Part shown: one piece after another, positions 56,916 to 64,000 of the stretch
How positions within the stretch are numbered: the first letter of the stretch is position 1
Layout: each line of letters begins with the position of its first letter
Source of the DNA: Candidatus Levyibacteriota bacterium
Lineage (GTDB): Bacteria; Patescibacteriota; Microgenomatia; Levybacterales; UBA12049
Reading direction: 5' to 3'
DNA length: 64,000 nucleotides
Assembly: GCA_030651475.1 (NCBI GenBank)
Contig: JAUSEW010000027.1
Span: forward strand, 109,614-173,613
Translations under genes and position numbers: made by a program
The notes under the pieces: model-generated
The model's input: only the letters and a program-made list of their open reading frames with translations
Database searches by the model: none
What the model was told of the DNA's origin: nothing

Positions 56916-58154
56916 ATGGGGTATTCGAAGCAAGCTATTATCGGAATTTCATGGATTGGGGCTTTTAGGGTGTTTTCCAGATTGATAGCCTTTTTAAGAG
57001 TTGTTGTTTTAGCCAGACTGCTTGTTCCTTCGCAGTTCGGTGTGTTTGGTATTGTTACGATGGCTCTTGCCCTTTTGGAAATATTGACAGAGACTGGGAT
57101 AAACATATTTCTAGTGCAAGAAAAAAAAGGTATAGATTCATATATAAACGATGCTTGGTTTGTATCTATAGTTAGGGGGTTATTAATTACTATTTTTATA
57201 ATTTTAACGGCTCCTTTTGTTGTTTCATTTTTTAAAATTCCTCAATCTTATGGTCTTATGCTGTTAATTAGCGTAGTTCCCCTCATAAGGGGATTTATAA
57301 ATCCGTCAATAGTTAAATATCAAAAAAATTTGCAATTTAATAAAGAATTTTTTTTGAGAACAGCAATATTCTGTTTTGATTCGCTGGTTGCGATTGTAGT
57401 GTCTTTGATTACTCGAAGCGCCATAGGTTTAGTTTTTGGGCTGATAGCAGGATCTATTCTTGAAGTAATTTTGTCGTTTATATTAATCAAACCTACGCCA
57501 CGCATACAATTTAATCTTCAAAAAATTAGCAAGATATTTCATAGGGGTAAGTGGGTAACATTATATGGAATTTTAAATTTCGCTGCTTCAAAAGGGGACA
57601 GTATCATTATAGGAAGAGCGCTTGGGTCAGGTCCACTAGGAATTTACCAAATGGGATACACGATTTCTACAATGCCGGTTAGCGAGGTATCAGATGTAGT
57701 AAATAAGGTAACGTTTCCTGTCTATTCAAAAATATCGGAGGACGTTGTTAGATTGAAGAAGGGGTTTATAAAGACCATTTTGTTTGTTTCTGCTATTTCC
57801 GTCTTGGTGGGTACAGTGATATTTTTCTTTCCAAAAGAATTATTCGTTTTGATATTTGGTCAGAAATGGGCAGATACAATGATTGTATTGAAACCGCTAG
57901 CGGCATATGGAGTTGTCAGAGCGATTACAGGTACTACTTCCTCATTGTTTTTATCGCTAGGAAAACAGAATTACGTTGCGGGAATAACGTCTATAAGATT
58001 TCTTGCGTTAATTATTACAATTGTACCCTTAACTCTTGCATATGGCATAGTAGGTTCTAGTATTTCAGTTCTCTTGTCCGGAATTGCAGAATTGCCGTTG
58101 GTTATTTATTACATGGTATCTATATTTAAGTCAAATAACAAGGAGATAGGATAG
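56916..58154 (+). CDS. Wzx-type polysaccharide flippase (MOP superfamily)
   Basis: About 12 TM helices. The pattern IAFLRVVVLARLL is Wzx-like. Confidence 0.7.
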   Translation: MGYSKQAIIGISWIGAFRVFSRLIAFLRVVVLARLLVPSQFGVFGIVTMALALLEILTETGINIFLVQEKKGIDSYINDAWFVSIVRGLLITIFIILTAPFVVSFFKIPQSYGLMLLISVVPLIRGFINPSIVKYQKNLQFNKEFFLRTAIFCFDSLVAIVVSLITRSAIGLVFGLIAGSILEVILSFILIKPTPRIQFNLQKISKIFHRGKWVTLYGILNFAASKGDSIIIGRALGSGPLGIYQMGYTISTMPVSEVSDVVNKVTFPVYSKISEDVVRLKKGFIKTILFVSAISVLVGTVIFFFPKELFVLIFGQKWADTMIVLKPLAAYGVVRAITGTTSSLFLSLGKQNYVAGITSIRFLALIITIVPLTLAYGIVGSSISVLLSGIAELPLVIYYMVSIFKSNNKEIG

Positions 58155-59260
58155 TGAAAATTGCAGTATTCCATGAACTATCTTTTGGAGGGGCAAAAAG
58201 AGCATGCTACGAGCTTAGCAAAAAGCTTAGTAAAAAGTTTAATGTTGACCTGTATTATGTTGATATAGAGAAAGATAAGGAAGTAAAAAAGTATTTTCGA
58301 AATGTATATTATTATAATTTTTTGCCAAAACACTGGATAGGAAATGATTGGAAGAGCAGGTTGTATAAGGATACAATTGAGCTGTTTAATCTATATAAAC
58401 TTCACAAGAGAATAGCAAAGGATATATCTTTAAGAAGATACGATTGTGTTATTGTCCATCCATCAAGATATACTCAAGCCCCCTTCATCCTTAGATTTTT
58501 GGTTTGTCCCACTATATATTTTTGTCAGGAGCCATTAAGGATTGTTTACGATAAACACATAAATCAAATGCCATCTATGTCTTTTTACGAAAAATTATAC
58601 GAAGCTATCAATAGAAAGATACGTAAGATAATTGACAAGTCAAATATTGGAAAAGCAGACATGATTTTAGTTAATTCTCTCTTTTCAGAAGACTGGGTAA
58701 GAGCTTCTTACGATTTACAATCAGAAATTTGTTATTTAGGAGTGGATGAAGAAAAGTTTAAACCGCTTAATCTTAAAAAGGAATACGATTTGCTTTTTTT
58801 TGGGAGCAAGAATAAGCTTGGTGGCTATGATTTATTAAATGAAGCCGTAAGGTTATTTAAGATAGAGCCAATAATAAAAATAATAATAAAAGACTTAGGC
58901 GAAAAGGATAGGGTATCGGACAAAGAACTTGTCAGAGAGTATAATAAGTCAAAAATAATTTTGGCGTTAAGCCGCAATGAACCATTTGGCTTGACTGTCT
59001 TGGAAGCAATGGCAAGCGGTGTGCCCGTTATAGCTATTAACGAAGGAGGTTTTGCTGAATCAGTTGTGGATGGAAAAACAGGATTATTGGTAAGTAGGAA
59101 TGCCATAAGTTTACGTGATGCAATTAGGAGTCTTCTTAGCGACAACAACTTAAGATTAAGTATGGGAAATCAAGCAAGAGAAAATATTGCGTTAAATTGG
59201 ACATGGGAAAAAAGCGTTGAAAAATTAGAGGAATATATAAAAATATTAACTAAAAAATGA
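58154..59260 (+). CDS. GT4-family glycosyltransferase
   Basis: EPFGLTVLEAMASGVPVIA is the GT4 E-x7-E region. Confidence 0.8.
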   Translation: MKIAVFHELSFGGAKRACYELSKKLSKKFNVDLYYVDIEKDKEVKKYFRNVYYYNFLPKHWIGNDWKSRLYKDTIELFNLYKLHKRIAKDISLRRYDCVIVHPSRYTQAPFILRFLVCPTIYFCQEPLRIVYDKHINQMPSMSFYEKLYEAINRKIRKIIDKSNIGKADMILVNSLFSEDWVRASYDLQSEICYLGVDEEKFKPLNLKKEYDLLFFGSKNKLGGYDLLNEAVRLFKIEPIIKIIIKDLGEKDRVSDKELVREYNKSKIILALSRNEPFGLTVLEAMASGVPVIAINEGGFAESVVDGKTGLLVSRNAISLRDAIRSLLSDNNLRLSMGNQARENIALNWTWEKSVEKLEEYIKILTKK

Positions 59261-61485
59261 AAATAAAACTATCGGTCATTTACGTTTATTACAACACGCC
59301 AGAGGAATTAAGCGCATCCATTAAATCTTTGGAGCAAGCCTGCGCAGAAATATCCTACGAAGTGGTCATTGTAGACAATAATTCCCCAAAAAGCATTACC
59401 GAAGAGATCTACAATAGGCCTAATTTAAGAATCATTAAGAATAAAGTTAATTGCGGATATGGCAAAGGATTAAATCAGGGTGCCAGCGTAGCGAAAGGGG
59501 AATATCTGCTTTTGGCAAATCCAGATGTGAAGTTTGCGGCAAATTCGATAAAATATCTTTTAGGCAAAATGGAAAGCAATTCAAAGATTGGAGTAATTGC
59601 CCCTCAATTAATAGGCGAGAAGGAAAATATTCTGCAAAGTATTAGCGGTATGCCTTACTTGTCCCAGAGTTTATTTGCATTTTCATTTTTAGGTAAAATA
59701 TGGCGCAAAAATCCGTTTTCTGCCAAATATCACAATATAAATCTTGATAGGAACAAAGAACAGGAAGTAGATGTGGTTGGTGGAGCATGCATGATGGTTA
59801 AGAAATCTATATTCGATAAAGTTGGTGGCTTCGATGAAAGATTTTTTATGTATTTCGAAGAGGCTGACTTTTGTTTCCGAATAAAAAAAATGGGATATAA
59901 AATATTATATTTTCCGAAAACAAAAGCAACACATTCAGTAGGGAGAAGTACGCAAGATAAGGCGTGGATAGAAAAAACATTTGAACAAAGCAGATTCAAG
60001 TTTTTTAAAAAATATCACGGTTTAATCCCTGCCTTATTGGGAGAGTTCGCTTTGAGATTTTTTAAACCGGCAAATATTTTATTACTAACGATATTAGCTC
60101 TTTCCGCTTTTCTGAATTTATATAAATTAAATGAGCAAATGATTTTTATAGGTGATCAGGGATGGTTTTACTTATCGGCAAGAGACATGATTTTATCGGG
60201 CAACATTCCCCTGGTTGGAATTACGTCCAGTCATACTTGGCTGCATCAAGGGCCATTGTGGACATATTTACTTGCTTTAATATTATGGATCTCTAGTTAC
60301 AATCCTCTTTCCGGGGGCTATTTTACGGCTCTATTGGGCGTAATTACCGTAGTTTTCGTATACAAGCTAGGAAAGGAAATGTTTTCAAAAAGAGTAGGCT
60401 TAATTTCTGCTTTATTATATGCAACATCCCCGTTGATTATTATTAATTCTCAAATGCCATACCATACGAGTCCAATTCCCTTACTAACTCTGGGTTTAAT
60501 TAATTCAGTTTTTAAATGGATAAAAGGAGATGTACGCTTTTTTCCCATAACTATTCTTTTTATGGCATTATTATATAATTTTGAGCTTGCAACGCAGATA
60601 TTCTGGTTTCCAACTGGGTTTATTTTTATCGTAGGCTTTATGGGAAAAAAACAATGGGCTAAAGCTGTGTTGAGAACAGGAATTTTACTTACATCTTTAG
60701 CTCTTTTTATCTTGCCGATGATTCCAATTCTTATTTATGATATTAATCATAAATTTGCGCAAACTTTAAAATTTTTCATATGGATACAGTATAGAACATT
60801 TAGTCAGTTATTGAATTTTAAAAATACATTCCTATTAAGCAAATCGCAAGAGTTCTTCTCTTCTATGATTAATTTCTTTTCAGTTAATTATCAGCAACTT
60901 ATTTTTGCACAAAGTAATTTAGTATCATTACTTATTTTATCTTTAAGTATTGTAGGTATAACGTTTTATTTATTAAAGAATAGAAATGTAAACAATCTTT
61001 TTTCTCCAATCAGCCTATTAATAATATTTATTATTATTCCTTCAGTGGGATTTTTTCTTAACATGACGGCTTCAGGTGCATATCTTCCTATATTTTTCCC
61101 GAGTGTAATTATTATTACGGCGTGGATGCTTGATGGAATAATGCATAGGAAATATTTGTTTTTTCCTATTTTGGTTTTAGTTTTTTATATTGCAGCGTTA
61201 AACACTTTGTTCGTTTTAGATAAGGCTAAAAGTAAACCTGCTTATGGTATTTATTTTTCGGAGAGGTTAAATGCTGTAAAAACAATATTGAAAGAAACCA
61301 ATGGGGAAGATTATGGAATAAAAGGAAATGGTTCCGGAAGTCAGTTTGAAAGCTTTACGATGAATTATGAATATCTTACCTGGTGGTTGGGTAAGCCTCC
61401 ATCAAAAAATTCAGCAAAAAATCTATTCATAATCAGCGAGAGTAAAGATGGGATTGTTGTAGATAAAAAAATAATTAATAAATAA
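59257..61485 (+). CDS. Fusion of an N-terminal GT2 glycosyltransferase with a C-terminal polytopic (GT-C-like) membrane domain
   Basis: SVIYVYYNT and VVIVDNNSP give the GT2 region. About 11 TM helices follow from roughly residue 270. Confidence 0.65.
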   Translation: MKIKLSVIYVYYNTPEELSASIKSLEQACAEISYEVVIVDNNSPKSITEEIYNRPNLRIIKNKVNCGYGKGLNQGASVAKGEYLLLANPDVKFAANSIKYLLGKMESNSKIGVIAPQLIGEKENILQSISGMPYLSQSLFAFSFLGKIWRKNPFSAKYHNINLDRNKEQEVDVVGGACMMVKKSIFDKVGGFDERFFMYFEEADFCFRIKKMGYKILYFPKTKATHSVGRSTQDKAWIEKTFEQSRFKFFKKYHGLIPALLGEFALRFFKPANILLLTILALSAFLNLYKLNEQMIFIGDQGWFYLSARDMILSGNIPLVGITSSHTWLHQGPLWTYLLALILWISSYNPLSGGYFTALLGVITVVFVYKLGKEMFSKRVGLISALLYATSPLIIINSQMPYHTSPIPLLTLGLINSVFKWIKGDVRFFPITILFMALLYNFELATQIFWFPTGFIFIVGFMGKKQWAKAVLRTGILLTSLALFILPMIPILIYDINHKFAQTLKFFIWIQYRTFSQLLNFKNTFLLSKSQEFFSSMINFFSVNYQQLIFAQSNLVSLLILSLSIVGITFYLLKNRNVNNLFSPISLLIIFIIIPSVGFFLNMTASGAYLPIFFPSVIIITAWMLDGIMHRKYLFFPILVLVFYIAALNTLFVLDKAKSKPAYGIYFSERLNAVKTILKETNGEDYGIKGNGSGSQFESFTMNYEYLTWWLGKPPSKNSAKNLFIISESKDGIVVDKKIINK

Positions 61486-61486
61486 G

Positions 61487-62239
61487 ATGACAAGCGCAGT
61501 AGTTCTTACTAAAAATGAAGAAAATAACATTATTGATTGTTTGGAATCATTGAGTTGGTGTGATGAGATAATCGTTGTGGATGATTTTTCTCAAGATAGA
61601 ACGATTGAAATTATCAATAGCTTGAAAAATAAAAAAATTGCAGTTTTTAGACACGCTTTAAATGAAAATTATTCCAAACAGCGAAATTTTGGTTTATCGA
61701 AGGCAAAATATGAATGGATATTATTTGTTGACGCAGATGAAAGAATTCCTTTGTCTCTTAGAGACGAAATATTAAAAGCTACAAGCAGAAGAGATAACTA
61801 TGATGGTTATTTTATAAAAAGAAAAGATTTTATATGGGGAAAAGAATTAAGATATGGCGAAACAGGAAATATTAAGCTTTTAAGGTTGGTAAAGAAAGGT
61901 AAGGGAGAATGGAGCGGTCACGTACATGAAAGATGGGAGACGGAAGGAGCAGTCGGGCAACTTAATTTTTCCTTGATGCATTATCCTCACCAAACTATTA
62001 CGGAGTTTCTAAGAGAGATAAATTTTTATACGGAGATAAAGGCAAAAGAATTATTCGATAGTGGTATAAAAACTTCGTGGTTATCGATTATCTTATATCC
62101 GAAAGCTAAATTTATCCTAAATTATTTTTTAAGATTAGGTTTTTTAGACGGCATACAAGGATTAATAGTGGCCATTTTTATGAGTTTTCATTCCTTCCTA
62201 GTTAGGAGTAAGTTATGGAAACTGCGGCAAGAAAAATAG
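61487..62239 (+). CDS. GT2-family glycosyltransferase (WaaE/KdtX-like)
   Basis: AVVLTKNEENNI and IIVVDDFSQDRT. Confidence 0.75.
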   Translation: MTSAVVLTKNEENNIIDCLESLSWCDEIIVVDDFSQDRTIEIINSLKNKKIAVFRHALNENYSKQRNFGLSKAKYEWILFVDADERIPLSLRDEILKATSRRDNYDGYFIKRKDFIWGKELRYGETGNIKLLRLVKKGKGEWSGHVHERWETEGAVGQLNFSLMHYPHQTITEFLREINFYTEIKAKELFDSGIKTSWLSIILYPKAKFILNYFLRLGFLDGIQGLIVAIFMSFHSFLVRSKLWKLRQEK

Positions 62240-63831
62240 CTATTTCTATTATGTTTACAATTGCCGTTTCAATAGGAATCTACTCATATCTTATTTTCAC
62301 TTTGGGACTACTGGGACTTTTGTATAGGGAAAGCGTTATTATTTTTTCGTTATTGTACGCTGCGGTTGTAGTATTAGCTTACAAAAGAAAAATAATTTAT
62401 ACTCTTAAGTTAATCCGTATCGGAAAAACTCCTAACGTAAATTTTGGTTTTGTATTAATTACATTAATTGTTTCTCTTGCACTGGTAAATTTAATAGGAG
62501 CTTTTGGTCCAGAGTTGGGATTTGACGCTTTATGGTACCACCTAACCTTGCCAAAAATTTATCTAGTAAATCATGATATTCTACATATTCCTGGTGGACT
62601 TTTATATTATTCCAGCATGCCAAAACTCACAGAGATGATATATGTCGGAGCGTTATCTTTTGGGAATGAACTAGTAGTAAAATTAGTACATTTTTCGTTT
62701 GGAATAATCTCGCTTATAGCATTGTATAATCTCTCAAGAAATTTTCTCAATAAGACATATTCCCTCATAACGGTTTTGATTTTTTACAGTAATTTAGTGG
62801 TGGCGTGGCAGTCGACAACTGCTTATATTGATCTTGCTAGAACCTTTTTTGAAATAATGGCATTGTTTGGTTTTATCAATTGGTGGAAAAGTAAAAATAA
62901 AAAGTGGCTTATGGAATCAGCTGTAATGATGGGACTTGCAATATCTACGAAGCTTCTTGCGATCGGCTCTTTAATAATATTTTCAGCTTTGATTGCATTA
63001 TTCTTTTTCTACCATAAAAGATCTGCCATAAGTTTTGCTAAAAGCCTATCTGTTTATTGGTTTATTTCTTTACTAATTCCTTTACCATGGTTTGTCTTCT
63101 CGTTTATACATACAGGTAATCCTGTTTACCCCTTTTTTACAAATTTATATAAAATTGGCTTAAACTTGCAATTCATAAATCCCTTTATTCACAGATCGGA
63201 TTCTATTTCGATTGTCTATATTATTATTCCGTTTGTTTTTCCCTTTGTTTTTACTAAATTTAAATCAGGAATGAGAATCGTTTCCTTATATTCGATTTTA
63301 GCATTTGCTATTTGGTATTTAACTCCTAAAACCGATTGGGGAAGATTTATAATGCCATATCTTCCGGCTTTTTCCATAGTCTGTTCTGCCATCATATTAA
63401 CAATAAAAAAATATAACTTCTTGAAAAATCTAGCAATAGGATTGGTCATTTTATCGGCCTTAATTACGATGTTTTATAGATTGGTTGCTAGTGCAAAATA
63501 TATTTCGGTAATTCTAGGAATAGAAACAAAAAATAAGTTCTTAACGGATCACCTCAATTTTTCATTTGGAGATTTTTACGATACTGACGGGTATTTTTCA
63601 AAAAATATAACACGAAATAATAAAGTGCTTTTATACGGATTTCACAATCTATATTATGTAGATTTTCCATTCATAGATTCATCATGGGTTAAAAAGGGAG
63701 ACGTTTTTGATTATATAGCGGTTCAAAATTCAGTGATTCCCAAAAGATTTTCGTATTGGAATCTCGTATACTACAACAAGAAGACCAACGTAAAGCTTTA
63801 TTCTTTAGGGGGGCAAAAATGGGTTTATTGA
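62215..63831 (+). CDS. Polytopic membrane protein, GT-C-like
   Basis: ORF, hydrophobicity and ELGFDALWYH in the first loop. Confidence 0.45.
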   Translation: METAARKIAISIMFTIAVSIGIYSYLIFTLGLLGLLYRESVIIFSLLYAAVVVLAYKRKIIYTLKLIRIGKTPNVNFGFVLITLIVSLALVNLIGAFGPELGFDALWYHLTLPKIYLVNHDILHIPGGLLYYSSMPKLTEMIYVGALSFGNELVVKLVHFSFGIISLIALYNLSRNFLNKTYSLITVLIFYSNLVVAWQSTTAYIDLARTFFEIMALFGFINWWKSKNKKWLMESAVMMGLAISTKLLAIGSLIIFSALIALFFFYHKRSAISFAKSLSVYWFISLLIPLPWFVFSFIHTGNPVYPFFTNLYKIGLNLQFINPFIHRSDSISIVYIIIPFVFPFVFTKFKSGMRIVSLYSILAFAIWYLTPKTDWGRFIMPYLPAFSIVCSAIILTIKKYNFLKNLAIGLVILSALITMFYRLVASAKYISVILGIETKNKFLTDHLNFSFGDFYDTDGYFSKNITRNNKVLLYGFHNLYYVDFPFIDSSWVKKGDVFDYIAVQNSVIPKRFSYWNLVYYNKKTNVKLYSLGGQKWVY

Positions 63832-64000
63832 AAACATTTTTCATTATATTTATTTTTTTTCTGTTTCCTTTGGGAGAAATCGCTAGATATCAATTTGGTA
63901 ACGGTATATCAGTAACTGGTATTGACATAGGAACATTATTATTAATTGTTGTTTGGTTAACGGTAAACATTATTCGTAGGAAAGAAAAGCGAATTCTTAA
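63819..64000 (+). CDS. Membrane protein, N-terminal fragment (continues past the window end)
   Basis: ATG at 63819 followed by two TM helices. The ORF is still open at 64000. Confidence 0.35.
   Translation, partial: MGLLKTFFIIFIFFLFPLGEIARYQFGNGISVTGIDIGTLLLIVVWLTVNIIRRKEKRIL

Noticed and set aside
1-64000. Alternative genetic code (UGA recoding, as in some CPR lineages)
   Set aside because: Long uninterrupted ORFs with conserved motifs end at standard stops including TGA (for example rsmH ends at TGA 10072-10074). Nothing suggests in-frame UGA sense codons.
42431-64000. Transposase, integrase or IS boundaries that would mark the glycan island as mobile
   Set aside because: No transposase or integrase motifs, inverted terminal repeats or attachment-site duplications were seen. 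The tRNA-Val at 42358 is adjacent, but there is no integrase.

Overview
The window is low-GC, gene-dense and almost fully coding. It looks like a small-genome bacterium, possibly Candidate Phyla Radiation / Patescibacteria-like; that placement is inference from DUF4012-like and many GT-C-like membrane proteins, minimal division proteins and compact genes. All calls rest on reading the sequence and the supplied ORF translations for motifs; no searches were run.

- **1-3127:** the 3' end of a polyprenyl glycosylphosphotransferase gene, a DUF4012-like membrane protein and recO.
- **3181-6178:** a compact four-gene plus-strand cassette: a beta-class DNA methyltransferase, an HNH endonuclease, a small protein with a PD-(D/E)xK-like motif, and a PIN-domain protein. 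It is preceded by a truncated Bro-N/DinD-like ORF, bracketed by an exact 16-bp promoter-like direct repeat, and ends at a hairpin. This is a candidate restriction-modification / toxin-like defence island.
- **6357-30044:** glyQS, then a division and cell-wall (dcw) cluster that has been rearranged. A GTGGG direct-repeat MraZ operator precedes mraZ-rsmH-ftsL-ftsI. Two unknown genes follow, then a murE-like ligase, murC, murA, a GlmU-like nucleotidyltransferase / left-handed beta-helix protein carrying a C-terminal HAD domain, and glmS. A 1057-aa minus-strand ORF fusing a B12-binding radical-SAM enzyme to a DHQS / glycerol(-1-phosphate) dehydrogenase-like domain sits convergent with glmS. mraY, ftsW, murG, an ftsQ-like gene, ftsA and ftsZ follow on the plus strand.
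- **30092-42429:** a surface protein, a polyprenyl-phosphate sugar synthase paired with a GT-C transferase, lepB, parB, rplU-rpmA, a second SEDS protein, ileS and tRNA-Val.
- **42431-64000:** a large surface-glycan island. It holds GT2 and GT4 glycosyltransferases, a Wzx flippase, a sugar C-methyltransferase-like enzyme, a SAM methyltransferase and at least eight GT-C-like polytopic membrane proteins, including a tandem paralog pair and a GT2-membrane fusion.

The most unusual items are the methyltransferase-HNH-PD-(D/E)xK-PIN cassette and the radical-SAM/dehydrogenase fusion gene. I found no rRNA, CRISPR array, transposase or integrase.
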